Positions 20,832-30,883 of a stretch of DNA of 64,000 nucleotides are shown one piece after another. Source of the DNA: Tagaea sp. (GTDB taxonomy: Bacteria; Pseudomonadota; Alphaproteobacteria; CACIAM-22H2); the NCBI GenBank assembly GCA_965279525.1, contig CBDIIB010000005.1:576001-640000 (forward strand), given 5' to 3'. The notes under the pieces are model-generated. The model was not told the DNA's origin, made no database searches, and saw only the letters and a list, made by a program, of their open reading frames with translations. The first letter of the stretch is position 1. Each line of letters starts with the position of its first letter. The translations under genes were made by a program, and so were the position numbers.

Positions 20832-21728
20832 ATGATCCTCGCCTGCCCCAAATGCGCCACGCGCTTTCGCGTGCCCGACGAGGCGCTGGGCGATGCAGGG
20901 CGGTCCGTGCGCTGCGGCTCGTGCGGCAACAGCTGGGTCCAGCGTCCGCGCCAGGCGATCCTCGAGGTCAATCCGCGCTTCCCCAAGACCGCCAAGCGCA
21001 TGCGCCAGGGCATGGACGACGGCATCGAGGCACCGGCCGCCCCGCGCGGCCGCGCGGCGGAGCCGGCTTATGTCCCGCCGCCCCCGCCTCCACCGCCGCC
21101 GCCCCCGCCGCCGATCGCGGCCCCGCCGCCGCGGGCACCGCGCCCCGAGCCGGCGATGGTCGAGCCGGAAGCCGAGCTGCCGACGAAAAGTTTTGCCGAG
21201 TCGATGGAGGCGGCCCTTGCCGCCGCCGACGCGGAAGTCCCGTCGCGTCCGATGCAAGGCAAGGCATCCGACGTCGACGGGCATCCGCGCCGCTCGGTCG
21301 CCGCGGTCATCGGCTGGCTGCTGTTCGCGCTCGCCACGACGCTGATCGGCGTGGCGGTCTTCGCGCAGGGCGAGATCATGGCGCGCTTCCCCGAGACGCG
21401 CGCGATCTATCAGGCGATGCATTTCCCGATCCCGCCGCCGGGCGAAGGGCTGGAAGTGGTCGAACCCAGCCCCGCGCGCATCCTTGTCGACGGCACGCCG
21501 ACGCTTGAGATCAGCGGCAAGATCCGCAACACCGGCGGCATGGCGCGCCCGGTCCCCGGCCTTCGCGCCAGCCTGCGCGATGCCGACGGCAAGGAAATCG
21601 CGACCTGGGAATTCAGCGCCGACGAGCCGCGCCTGGAACCCGGCGCCGAAACGGCCTTCCGCACGACGCTGGCCAATCCGCCGACGGTGCCGGGCAAGCT
21701 CGATATCGTCTTCCGCGAAGCCTATTGA
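20832..21728 (+). CDS. MJ0042-type zinc-ribbon / DUF3426 membrane protein
   Basis: CPKC...VRCGSC, Pro-rich linker, TM segment, periplasmic domain. Confidence 0.87.
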   Translation: MILACPKCATRFRVPDEALGDAGRSVRCGSCGNSWVQRPRQAILEVNPRFPKTAKRMRQGMDDGIEAPAAPRGRAAEPAYVPPPPPPPPPPPPPIAAPPPRAPRPEPAMVEPEAELPTKSFAESMEAALAAADAEVPSRPMQGKASDVDGHPRRSVAAVIGWLLFALATTLIGVAVFAQGEIMARFPETRAIYQAMHFPIPPPGEGLEVVEPSPARILVDGTPTLEISGKIRNTGGMARPVPGLRASLRDADGKEIATWEFSADEPRLEPGAETAFRTTLANPPTVPGKLDIVFREAY

Positions 21729-21729
21729 A

Positions 21730-22326
21730 TCACGTCCGCGCGGTTCCCGGTACGGGGCCGCGCAGCACGCGCAGCAACTGCCGGGCGGCGGGCGAATCCC
21801 ATGCGGCCGCCCCTTCGAGCCGGCCGCGCTCGCGCCCCTCGCCATCCACCACGACCGTCGTCGGCAGGCCGCGCACGGCGAACGCGCGCATAGAAGCACC
21901 TGCCGGGTCGACATAGACCGGAAGGTTGCGCAGGTCGTGTGCGGCAAAGAACGGCGCCACCTGGCGCAGGCCGCCGCGATCGACCGAGATCGCGACCACT
22001 TCGATGCGCTCGGCCTTCAGGCCGGCGTGAAGCCGGTCGAGGGCGGGCATCTCCTCGACGCACGGCGCGCACCATGTCGCCCAGAAATTGACGACGGCAA
22101 GCCGGCCGCGGAAGTCGGCCAGCGTCAGGTCGCGCCCCTCGGCATCGCGAAACGCGATCGCGGGTGCGGGTACCGGATCGGCAAGCCGCTTGAACGGGCC
22201 CAACGCGCCGCGGAACTCCGGGCCCTGGGCGGCCGCCCCGTTCCCGAAAATCCTTGATCCGCCCGCGCCAAGCGCTAGGGTCGCGCCCGCGCCGAGCGCC
22301 AGAAAACCGCGCCGGTTCGAAGTCAT
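21730..22326 (-). CDS. TlpA family disulfide reductase
   Basis: VNFWATWCAPC, GLPTT; RRGFL twin-arginine-like leader; divergent from argH. Confidence 0.9.
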   Translation of the reverse strand: MTSNRRGFLALGAGATLALGAGGSRIFGNGAAAQGPEFRGALGPFKRLADPVPAPAIAFRDAEGRDLTLADFRGRLAVVNFWATWCAPCVEEMPALDRLHAGLKAERIEVVAISVDRGGLRQVAPFFAAHDLRNLPVYVDPAGASMRAFAVRGLPTTVVVDGEGRERGRLEGAAAWDSPAARQLLRVLRGPVPGTART

Positions 22327-22345
22327 AGCCGTAATATAGGTCGTC

Positions 22346-23782
22346 ATGGCCCGCCGCACAAAGTCCGTCGCCCCGAAGAAGTCCGCCGCCCCCGCCAATC
22401 CCGCCGCCAATCCGATGTGGGGCGGGCGCTTCGGCGTGGCGCCCGACGCGATCATGCAGAAGATCAACGCATCGATCGACGTCGACAGGCGCCTCTATGC
22501 CGAGGACATCGCCGGCTCGATCGCGCACGCGCGCATGCTCGCCCGCCAGAAGATCCTGTCGACGAAGGACGTGGCCGCCATCGTGAAGGGCCTGGACGCC
22601 GTGCGCCGCGAGATCGAGGGCGGCAGGTTCGTCTTCCGCACGGAACTCGAAGACATCCACATGAACGTCGAATCCAGGCTTGCCGAACTGATCGGCGAGC
22701 CGGCCAAGCGCCTGCATGTGGCGCGCTCGCGCAACGACCAGGTGGCGCTGGATTTCCGCCTGTGGGTGCGCGGGGCCTGCGACCGCGCGGACGCCGCCTT
22801 GCGCGAATTCCAGCGCGCCCTCATCGACCGCGCGGAAAAGCACGCCGGTGCCGTGATGCCCGGCTTCACGCATCTGCAGCCGGCCCAGCCCGTCACGTTC
22901 GGGCACCATCTGATGGCCTATGTCGAGATGGCCGGGCGCGACCGCGCGCGCTTTGCCGACGCGCGCCACCGGCTCAACGAATGCCCGCTCGGGGCGGCCG
23001 CCCTTGCCGGCACGTCGTTCCCGATCGACCGGCATTCGACCGCGCGCGAACTGGGGTTCGCCGCACCCACGGCCAACTCGCTCGACTCCGTCGCCGACCG
23101 CGATTTCGCGCTCGAGTTCCTGGCGGCAGCCGCGATCGCGTCAATCCATCTTTCGCGCCTGGCCGAAGAGCTGGTCATGTGGACCGGCCCGCAGTTCGGT
23201 TTCGCGCGTCTGTCCGACGCGTGGACGACCGGCTCCTCGATCATGCCGCAAAAGCGCAACCCCGACGCCGCCGAGCTCGTGCGCGCCACCACCGGACGCA
23301 TGTTCGGCTCGCTGATCGGGCTTGCGACCGTGATGAAAGGCCTGCCGCTGACCTATTCGAAGGACATGCAGGAAGACAAGGCGCGCACCTTCGCCGCCGC
23401 CGACGCGCTGATGCTGTCCATCGCCGCGATGACCGGCATGATCGACGATCTTTCCATCGACGCCGCGCGCATGAAGGAAGCGGCCGGTGCCGGCTTCACG
23501 ACCGCGACCGACCTTGCCGACTGGCTGGTGCGCGAACTCGCCATGCCGTTCCGCGAGGCGCACCACGTGACGGGGCGCATCGTGCGCCGCGCCGAGGAGA
23601 AGGGCTGCGACATTTCCGGCCTGCCGCTTTCCGACATGCGCGCGATCGAGCCGCGCATCGACAAATCCGTCTTCGCCGTGCTCGGCGTCGAAAACTCGGT
23701 CGCCAGCCGCACCAGTTTCGGCGGCACCGCACCCGCCAACGTGCGCCGTGCCGCGAAGGCCGCGCGCAAGAAGTTTCTCTAG
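22346..23782 (+). CDS. argH: Argininosuccinate lyase
   Basis: [25 protein letters not shown]. Confidence 0.97.
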   Translation: MARRTKSVAPKKSAAPANPAANPMWGGRFGVAPDAIMQKINASIDVDRRLYAEDIAGSIAHARMLARQKILSTKDVAAIVKGLDAVRREIEGGRFVFRTELEDIHMNVESRLAELIGEPAKRLHVARSRNDQVALDFRLWVRGACDRADAALREFQRALIDRAEKHAGAVMPGFTHLQPAQPVTFGHHLMAYVEMAGRDRARFADARHRLNECPLGAAALAGTSFPIDRHSTARELGFAAPTANSLDSVADRDFALEFLAAAAIASIHLSRLAEELVMWTGPQFGFARLSDAWTTGSSIMPQKRNPDAAELVRATTGRMFGSLIGLATVMKGLPLTYSKDMQEDKARTFAAADALMLSIAAMTGMIDDLSIDAARMKEAAGAGFTTATDLADWLVRELAMPFREAHHVTGRIVRRAEEKGCDISGLPLSDMRAIEPRIDKSVFAVLGVENSVASRTSFGGTAPANVRRAAKAARKKFL

Positions 23783-23794
23783 GAGACGACGAGA

Positions 23795-23959
23795 ATGACC
23801 GCCCGCAACATCATCCTTCTGGCCCTGGTGCTGGCACTCGCCGCACCGCTGGCCGCGTGCGGGCGCAAGGGCCTGCCCGAAGCGCCGCCGGGGGCGGACG
23901 AGAGATATCCGCGCAGCTATCCCGCCGGTGCGGTTCCGGTTCCGGTGCCGGCCCAATGA
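23795..23959 (+). CDS. Small lipoprotein (LptM/YifL-like), 54 aa, missing from the ORF track
   Basis: AGGAG SD; MTARNIILLALVLALAAPLAACGRKG lipobox; stop overlaps the lysA ATG. Confidence 0.85.
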   Translation: MTARNIILLALVLALAAPLAACGRKGLPEAPPGADERYPRSYPAGAVPVPVPAQ

Positions 23960-25239
23960 CCAAGGGTTTCCATCGCAAGAACGGCGCACTCCACTGCGAC
24001 GGCGTGGCACTGGCGCGCATCGCGCGCGAGCACGGCACGCCCGCGTGGATCTACAGCCAGTCGGTGCTGGAGGCGCGCTGGCGCCTGTTCGCCGCATCCG
24101 TCGCCGATCTCGATCCGACGATCTGCTACGCGCTGAAGGCCAACTCCAACCAGGCGGTGATCGCGACGTTCGCGGCGCTGGGTGCGGGCGCCGACATCGT
24201 GTCGGCGGGCGAGCTCGCGCGCGCCCTTGCCGCCGGCGTTCCGGCCGCGAAGATCGTGTTCGCCGGCGTGGGCAAGAGCGAGGCGGAGATGGCCCTCGCG
24301 CTGGAAGCCGGCATCCTGCAGTTCAACGTCGAGTCCGCCCCCGAGCTCGCCCGCCTGTCGGCGGTGGCGCAGGCGATGAACACGACCGCCTCGGTCGCCA
24401 TCCGCGTCAACCCGGATGTCGACGCGAAGACCCACAAGAAGATCACGACCGGCAAGAGCGAGAACAAGTTCGGCGTGGAACTGGCGCAGGCGCGCGAGCT
24501 TGCGGTGGGTGCGCGCAAGCTCAAGGGTGTGCGGATCGAAGCGCTGTCCACGCATATCGGCAGCCAGATCACCGACGTGACACCCTATCGCGCGGCGTTC
24601 AAGCGCGTGGCCGATCTCGCAAAGGTCCTGCGCGCCGACGGCGTGCCGCTGAAGCGGCTCGATTTCGGCGGCGGGCTTGGCGTGGTCTATCGCGACGAAA
24701 CGCCGCCCGACCTCAAGGCCTATGCGGCGGCCGTGCGCGCGGCGATGAAGGGCACGGGCCTCGGGCTCGTGCTCGAACCCGGGCGCTGGCTCGTGGCCGA
24801 TGCGGGCGTGCTCGTCGCGCGCGTCGAATACGTCAAGCAGGGGACTGCCAAGCGCTACGCGATCCTCGATGCGGCGATGAACGACCTGATCCGCCCGACG
24901 CTCTACGAGGCGTGGATGCCGATCGAGCCGGTCGCCCGGCCACGCGCCGGCAAGAAGCGGCCCTACGACGTGGTCGGGCCGGTGTGCGAATCGGGCGACT
25001 TTTTCGCGCATGACCGCCTGCTGGCGCCGTTGGCCGAGGGCGATCTGGTCGCCGTCCGGCAGGCGGGCGCCTATGGCTCGGTCATGTCATCCACCTACAA
25101 CGCGCGCCCGCTGGCCCCGGAATTGCTGGTCAAGGGGGCCAAGGTTGCCGCGATCCGGGACCGCCAGTCGGTCGAGGCGCTTATCGCCCTCGATTCGCTG
25201 GCGCCCTGGCAGTCCGGGAAGACCCGACGCGGCGGCTAA
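23956..25239 (+). CDS. lysA: Diaminopimelate decarboxylase
   Basis: YALKAN, HIGSQI, EPGR, GPVCESGD, GAYG. Confidence 0.97.
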   Translation: MTKGFHRKNGALHCDGVALARIAREHGTPAWIYSQSVLEARWRLFAASVADLDPTICYALKANSNQAVIATFAALGAGADIVSAGELARALAAGVPAAKIVFAGVGKSEAEMALALEAGILQFNVESAPELARLSAVAQAMNTTASVAIRVNPDVDAKTHKKITTGKSENKFGVELAQARELAVGARKLKGVRIEALSTHIGSQITDVTPYRAAFKRVADLAKVLRADGVPLKRLDFGGGLGVVYRDETPPDLKAYAAAVRAAMKGTGLGLVLEPGRWLVADAGVLVARVEYVKQGTAKRYAILDAAMNDLIRPTLYEAWMPIEPVARPRAGKKRPYDVVGPVCESGDFFAHDRLLAPLAEGDLVAVRQAGAYGSVMSSTYNARPLAPELLVKGAKVAAIRDRQSVEALIALDSLAPWQSGKTRRGG

Positions 25240-25316
25240 TTTGGTGTGTGGACCCGCCCGCCGGTCGCGTTAGACTGGTCGGACAGGGTTCGCGACCTAT
25301 TTCTGCCGGGGTGAGG

Positions 25317-27911
25317 ATGACCGACAAGTCGCCTGAGCACCGCACTGGAACACCGGCCGTTCCCGGATTGGCCCGCCGGCTCTGGCTTGCCCGTCTCGCC
25401 ATCGCCTGGGAACGGGTCTGGCCCGCGATCTGGCCCGCCCTGACGGTCGGCGCCCTTTTCACCATCGTGGCGCTGCTCGATCTGCTGCCCCGCCTGCATT
25501 TCGCGCTGCATGGGGCAGCCCTTGTCCTGTTCGCTGCCGCCCTTGCCGCCGCCGTCTGGCGCATGCGGCGCGTATTCGCCCTGCCCGACCGCGCGGAAGC
25601 GCGCCGCCGGCTCGAACGGGCCAGCGGCTTCAGCCATCGCCCGCTTGCCGCCCTCGAGGACGACATGGCCGGCGGCAGCCAGGACCCCGCGACTCGGACG
25701 CTGTGGGAAACCCATCGCCGCCGCCTGCTCGCCCGCCTTGCCGACGTGCGGATCGGGCCGCCGCGTCCCGGCGTGCCGGCCCGCGATCCGCGCGCCTTGC
25801 GCGCCGTCCTCGTGCTCGGCCTTGCCGTGGCGATCGGCGTGGGCGGCGACCGGGCCGGGATCAATTTCGCGCGCGCCCTTGCACCCGGCGTCGATGTCGC
25901 GGCTGCACCGCTTGGCACGCTCGACCTGTGGATCACGCCGCCGGCCTATACGGGCCTGCCGCCCGTGCTGCCGCGCGCCGATGCAGCGTCGATCACCGTG
26001 CCGGTCGGCAGCCAGCTCATCGCGCAGGTTTCCGGCGGCAACGCGCCGCCGCGCCTGACGCTCGACGGCAAGCCCGTCCCGTTCGCACCGGTCGAGCTTG
26101 CCGCGGCACCTGCATCGACGGCACCGGGTGCCGCACCCGCGCCCAAGCTGCAGAGCTGGCGCGTGGCGAGCGAACTTGCCGCCGGTTCGCGCCTGACGGT
26201 CGAACAGGGTCCGCGCGCACTGGGGGCGTGGGACCTCACGCTCATTCCCGATGCCGCCCCGACGGTCGAGTTCGTGCAGCCGCCGCACTCCAGCCAGCGC
26301 GCCACGCTGCGCATGGAATACCGCGCGAAGGACGATTACGGCGTTGCCGGCGTGATGGCGGAAATCCGCCGCGACGTGGCCCCCGACAAGCCCGCCGGTG
26401 CCGGTGCACCCATCGATCTCGCCTTGCCGCTCGCGGCCGCCCGCTCGAAGGATTCGACCGCGGCGACCTTCTTCGATCTCACGGCCCATCCGTGGGCCGG
26501 CCTGCCGGTGACGGTGACGCTGAAGGCGACCGACGTCGCCGGCCAGACGGGCGCTTCGGAATCGATCCGCATCGTGCTTCCCGAGCGCGTGTTCCAGCAT
26601 CCGGTGGCGCGCGCAATCGTCGAACAGCGCAAGGTGCTGATCGCCGAACCCGCCCTGCGCCCGGTCGTGGCGCGCGCTCTCGCGGCGATCGCGTCCAACC
26701 CCGTGCAGTTCGCCGACGACCCGGTCGTGCTGCTGTCGCTGCGCATCGGCGCGCTGCGCCTGCAGAAATCCGGCGAGCCGGGCACCATCGACGAGATGCA
26801 GGCGCTGATGTGGGACACCGCGCTTCGCATCGAGGACGGCCGCCTGTCGGCCGCCGAGCGCGAACTTCGCGCCATCCAGCAGAAGCTGCAGGACGCGCTC
26901 GCCAACAACGCGCCGGACTCGGAAATCGAGAAGCTGATGGCCGAGCTCCAGCAGGCCATCGACAAGTTTCTCCAGTCGCTCGTCGAGCAGGCGATGAAGA
27001 ATCCCGGCGACCAGCGCCAGCAGCCGCAGGACCGCAACGCCCAGCGCCTCGACCGCAACGACCTGCAGAAGCTGCTCGACCAGGCCCGCCAGCTCGCCCG
27101 CACGGGGGCGCGCGACGCAGCCAAGGACCTGCTCGCCCGCCTGCAGGAGATGCTCGAGAACCTGCGCACGATGCAGGCCCAGCGCGGCAACCAGCAGCAG
27201 GGCCAGCCCGGCGACGGCCAGGCGCAGGAAATGATGAAGAGCCTGCAGGAGATGATGCAGCGCCAGCAGAGCCTGATCGACCGCACCTTCCGCCGCTCGC
27301 AGCAGAACCGGCCCGGCCAGTTCCGCCCCGGCCAGCAGGGACAGCGCGGCCAGCAGGGCCAACAGGGGCAGCAAGGCCAGCAGGGCCAAGGCCAGGGTGA
27401 AGGCGAGGGCGAAGGCGACGACGCGGGCGAACAGGACGCGCTGCGCGGCGCGCTCGCCGACATGATGCGCCAGCTCCAGGACATGATGGGCGGTGCGCCC
27501 GACGGCTTCGGACGTGCCGACCGCTCGATGGGCGAATCGGGCGACCAGCTCCGGCGCGGCGCGCCGGGCCGGGCACTGCGCCCGCAGATGGACGCGCTCG
27601 ACCAGCTGCGCGCGGGTGCGCGCGAAGCGCTGCGCCAGATGATGGAGCGCTTCGGCCAGGGCGAAGGCGACGGCATGGGCGACGAGGCGTTCGGCGAGCG
27701 CGAGCAGGCCGACCAGCGCGACCCGCTCGGCCGCAATCCCGAAGGCGACGGCACGTCGCTGTCGGACAATTTCCAGCGCATCCCGGGCGTGGGCGAAGGC
27801 CAGCTGCTGCGCTCGCAGGAAATCCTCGACGAGCTTATCCGCCGCCTTGGCGAACGCACGCGCCCGACGGCGGAGCGCGACTATCTTGAGCGGCTGCTGA
27901 GAAGGTTCTAG
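25317..27911 (+). CDS. DUF4175 (TIGR02302) family membrane protein
   Basis: WITPPAYTG, DDYGV, HPWAG, Q/G-rich tract, RDPLGR, ERDYLERLL; follows lysA. Confidence 0.9.
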   Translation: MTDKSPEHRTGTPAVPGLARRLWLARLAIAWERVWPAIWPALTVGALFTIVALLDLLPRLHFALHGAALVLFAAALAAAVWRMRRVFALPDRAEARRRLERASGFSHRPLAALEDDMAGGSQDPATRTLWETHRRRLLARLADVRIGPPRPGVPARDPRALRAVLVLGLAVAIGVGGDRAGINFARALAPGVDVAAAPLGTLDLWITPPAYTGLPPVLPRADAASITVPVGSQLIAQVSGGNAPPRLTLDGKPVPFAPVELAAAPASTAPGAAPAPKLQSWRVASELAAGSRLTVEQGPRALGAWDLTLIPDAAPTVEFVQPPHSSQRATLRMEYRAKDDYGVAGVMAEIRRDVAPDKPAGAGAPIDLALPLAAARSKDSTAATFFDLTAHPWAGLPVTVTLKATDVAGQTGASESIRIVLPERVFQHPVARAIVEQRKVLIAEPALRPVVARALAAIASNPVQFADDPVVLLSLRIGALRLQKSGEPGTIDEMQALMWDTALRIEDGRLSAAERELRAIQQKLQDALANNAPDSEIEKLMAELQQAIDKFLQSLVEQAMKNPGDQRQQPQDRNAQRLDRNDLQKLLDQARQLARTGARDAAKDLLARLQEMLENLRTMQAQRGNQQQGQPGDGQAQEMMKSLQEMMQRQQSLIDRTFRRSQQNRPGQFRPGQQGQRGQQGQQGQQGQQGQGQGEGEGEGDDAGEQDALRGALADMMRQLQDMMGGAPDGFGRADRSMGESGDQLRRGAPGRALRPQMDALDQLRAGAREALRQMMERFGQGEGDGMGDEAFGEREQADQRDPLGRNPEGDGTSLSDNFQRIPGVGEGQLLRSQEILDELIRRLGERTRPTAERDYLERLLRRF

Positions 27912-28930
27912 TAAATCAGCTCGTCCTCGCCGTCGCCGCGGCCGATCGCGATCTCGTTTTTCGCGGCGAGGTCCTTGGCGAGTTCGATGATGGCGTGCTG
28001 GGCGTCCGACACGTCCTTCACGCGAACGGGGCCGAGCTGTTCCATGTCGTCGCGCATCAGGCGGCCCGCGCGCTCGGACATGTTGGACAAGAACAGGTCG
28101 CGGATCAGGTCGGGGGCACCCTTCAGCGCCAATGCAAGCCTGCCCTTGTCGACCGCGCGCAGCAGCGTCTGCACGCCGGCGGGATCGAGGCGGGCGAGGT
28201 CCTCGAACTTGAACATGCTCTCGCGCACTTTCTGCGCGGCTTCCGGATTGCGGTCCTCGAGTGCGGAGAGGAACCGCTTTTCCGCGGCCGGATCGAGCGC
28301 GTTGAAGATCTCGGCGATCGATTCGTGCCGGTCCTTGCGCGGGTTCTTGGCGACGTTGGACATGAACTCGTTGCGCAGGATCGTCTCGACCTCGTCGAGC
28401 ACTTCCTTGGGCACGGTTTCCAGGCGCAGCATGCGCGTGATGACTTCCATCGCGAACCCGTCGGGGAGTTGCGAGAGCACCTTGGCGGCATGCTCGGGCG
28501 AGACCTTGGCGAGCACGACGGCGGCGGTCTGCGGATATTCGTTCTTGAGATAGCTCGCGAGCATCTGCTCGGGCACGTAGCCGAGCTTGTCCCATATCGT
28601 GCGGCCGCGGGGCCCGCGGATGTCCTCGAGGATGCCGTCGGCGCGCTTGCCCAGCACCTTGCCCAGGAACCGCTCGGTGCCTTCCATCGTGCCGGCGAGC
28701 GAGCTCGACTGGCCCATCTGCTCGGCGAACTCGACGATCAGCTGCTCGATGACGTTGGCGTTGACCGTGCCGAGGCCGGCCATGACGAGGGAAAGCTCCT
28801 TGATCTCCTCGTCGTCCATCATCGCGAAGACCTTGGACGCACTCTCCTCGCCGACGGCGAGCAGCAGGATCGCCGCCTTCTCCGAGCCGGTCAGCTGCCG
28901 GTAGTCATCGAGGTTTCTTGGTGCCGCCAT
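27908..28930 (-). CDS. fliG: Flagellar motor switch protein FliG
   Basis: KAAILL, EYPQT, MFKFEDL, NMSERA, GPVRVKDV. Confidence 0.93.
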   Translation of the reverse strand: MAAPRNLDDYRQLTGSEKAAILLLAVGEESASKVFAMMDDEEIKELSLVMAGLGTVNANVIEQLIVEFAEQMGQSSSLAGTMEGTERFLGKVLGKRADGILEDIRGPRGRTIWDKLGYVPEQMLASYLKNEYPQTAAVVLAKVSPEHAAKVLSQLPDGFAMEVITRMLRLETVPKEVLDEVETILRNEFMSNVAKNPRKDRHESIAEIFNALDPAAEKRFLSALEDRNPEAAQKVRESMFKFEDLARLDPAGVQTLLRAVDKGRLALALKGAPDLIRDLFLSNMSERAGRLMRDDMEQLGPVRVKDVSDAQHAIIELAKDLAAKNEIAIGRGDGEDELIY

Positions 28931-29017
28931 GATTCCGATTCTATGATGAAAACCTGATTCGTGCGAAGCGCGCGGACGTATGCCGGGGCCGGCGTCGGTT
29001 GCCCTGCCCGGCATTCT

Positions 29018-29035
29018 GTGACATTTTCGTTACAT
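29018..29035 (-). promoter_or_regulatory. Candidate Pho box
   Basis: ATGTAACGAAAATGTCAC resembles CTGTCAT-N4-CTGTCAT (11-bp period); upstream of a phosphate symporter. Confidence 0.5.
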
Positions 29036-29067
29036 TCCTGCCACCGCCCCATCCGGAGGACCCGAAA

Positions 29068-30762
29068 ATCGGCGCGACTTCGATCCTGATCCACCTTGTC
29101 GGTGGTGTTGCCCTGCTGCTGTGGGGCCTGCGCATGGTGCGCACGGGCGTGATGCGCGCGTTCGGCGGCGACCTGCGCGCCGCCATCGGCTCGGCACTGG
29201 GCAACCGCTTCCTCGCCTTCGGCTGCGGGCTTGGCGTGACGGCCCTGCTGCAGAGCTCGACCGCGACGGCGCTGATGACCGCGTCGTTCGCCGCGCGCGG
29301 CTTCGTGGGCACGGCGATGGCGCTGGCCGTCATGCTGGGCGCCGACGTGGGCACGTCGCTGGTCGCACAGCTTGTCTCGTTCAATCTCGCTATCCTGTCG
29401 CCGGTGCTGATCACGGTCGGCGTGGCGCTGTTCTCGAGCACGCTTGCCACGCGCTGGCGCGATCTGGGGCGTGCCGGCGTGGGCCTGGGCATGATGCTGC
29501 TGGCCCTGAAGCTCATCGTGAGCGCGACGCATCCGTTGCGTGACTCCGTCGTCATGCACGAGGTGCTCGCCGCCCTTGCCGACGAACGCCTGCTCGTCGT
29601 GCTGATCGCCGCATGCCTCACCTGGCTCGTCCATTCGAGCCTCGCGATGGTGCTGCTGGCGGTCTCGCTTGCCGATATCGGACTGCTGCCCGTCCCGCTG
29701 GCGCTGACGGTCGTGCTCGGCGCCAACCTCGGCGGCGCCCTGCCCGCGCTGATCGCGACCTGGTCGTCCGACGCCGGGGCGCGGCGCGTGACGATCGGCA
29801 ACGCGGCCTTCCGCGTCATCGGGGTCTGCGTGGCGCTGCCGCTGCTCGGCTATGCGGTCACCTATCTGCCGCTCGTCGAAACCGGCATCGGCCGCCAGAT
29901 CGCCAACTTCCACATGGGTTTCAACCTGGCGCTCGCGTGTCTGTTCCTGCCGCTGGTCGGGCTTGCGGCCAAGCTGCTCGACAGGCTGGTCGTGCCGCGC
30001 GAAGACCCGGCGAACCCGGCGATCGCGCGCTATCTCGACGAGTCCGCGCTGGAATCGCCGAACCTGGCGCTGGCCGCCGCCTCGCGCGAGGTGCTGCGCA
30101 TGGGCGACGCGCTCGAATCGATGCTGCGCGACAGCATCACCGTGTTCAAGACCGACGACCGCAAGCTTGCCGACGAGATCATCAAGCGCGACGACGTGGT
30201 CGACCGGCTGTGCGAGGACGTGAAGCACTATCTATTGCGCATCTCGACCGATTCGATGGGCGAGAAGGACCAGCGCCGCGCGATGGAAATCCTGCAGTTC
30301 GCCACCAACCTCGAGCACGCGGGCGACATCGTCGAGAAGAACCTGATCGAGCTTGCCGTCAAGAAGATGAAGAACCGGCTGCGATTCTCCGACGAGGGCA
30401 TGGCCGAGATCGAGGCACTGCACGTGATGCTGCTCGACACGCTGCGCCTGGCGCTTGCCGTGTTCATCCAGGGCGATGCCAAGATGGCCCGCCAGATGCT
30501 GGCCGAAAAGGTCGAGTTCCGCGAGCGCGAACGCCAGGCGGCGGACATGCACATCGCGCGGCTGCGCGGGCGCAACCCCGACACGATCGAGACCAGCTCG
30601 CTGCATCTCGACGTGCTGCGAGACCTGAAGCGCATCCACTCGCACCTCGTCTCGGTCGCCTACCCGCTGCTCGAGGCGTCGGGCGACCTGCGCCAGAGCC
30701 GGCTTGCGCCCGAGCGCGCGGCCCGCAAGCCCCGCGCCAAGCCCGCCGAAGGCACGTTCTGA
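29068..30762 (+). CDS. Na/Pi cotransporter (YjbB-like) with PhoU domains; apparent ATC start
   Basis: QSSTATAL, GADVGT, GANLG, PhoU-like C-terminus; GGAGGA SD 7 nt before ATC. Confidence 0.9.
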   Translation: MGATSILIHLVGGVALLLWGLRMVRTGVMRAFGGDLRAAIGSALGNRFLAFGCGLGVTALLQSSTATALMTASFAARGFVGTAMALAVMLGADVGTSLVAQLVSFNLAILSPVLITVGVALFSSTLATRWRDLGRAGVGLGMMLLALKLIVSATHPLRDSVVMHEVLAALADERLLVVLIAACLTWLVHSSLAMVLLAVSLADIGLLPVPLALTVVLGANLGGALPALIATWSSDAGARRVTIGNAAFRVIGVCVALPLLGYAVTYLPLVETGIGRQIANFHMGFNLALACLFLPLVGLAAKLLDRLVVPREDPANPAIARYLDESALESPNLALAAASREVLRMGDALESMLRDSITVFKTDDRKLADEIIKRDDVVDRLCEDVKHYLLRISTDSMGEKDQRRAMEILQFATNLEHAGDIVEKNLIELAVKKMKNRLRFSDEGMAEIEALHVMLLDTLRLALAVFIQGDAKMARQMLAEKVEFRERERQAADMHIARLRGRNPDTIETSSLHLDVLRDLKRIHSHLVSVAYPLLEASGDLRQSRLAPERAARKPRAKPAEGTF

Positions 30763-30883
30763 CCTGAAGCGCCGGCGGCCGGACAGGGCTCCGGCACCTG
30801 CCCCCTCAAGTTGCTCAAACACAATTGTTATGTTCTGATCTGGCCGCCGGAACCCGAAAAAGGGCCGGATGCCGCGGGGTTGC

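Noticed and set aside
21074-21135. CCG-rich run
   Set aside because: Poly-proline linker of the zinc-ribbon protein
27330-27420. GGCCAGCAG-like tandem repeat
   Set aside because: Encodes the GQQ/GE low-complexity tract usual in DUF4175 proteins; not CRISPR
25236-28595. Long antisense and alternate-frame ORFs (also 37024-40053, 36981-40178, 52420-55143)
   Set aside because: Shadow ORFs of real high-GC genes; Arg/Ala/Gly-rich with no motifs
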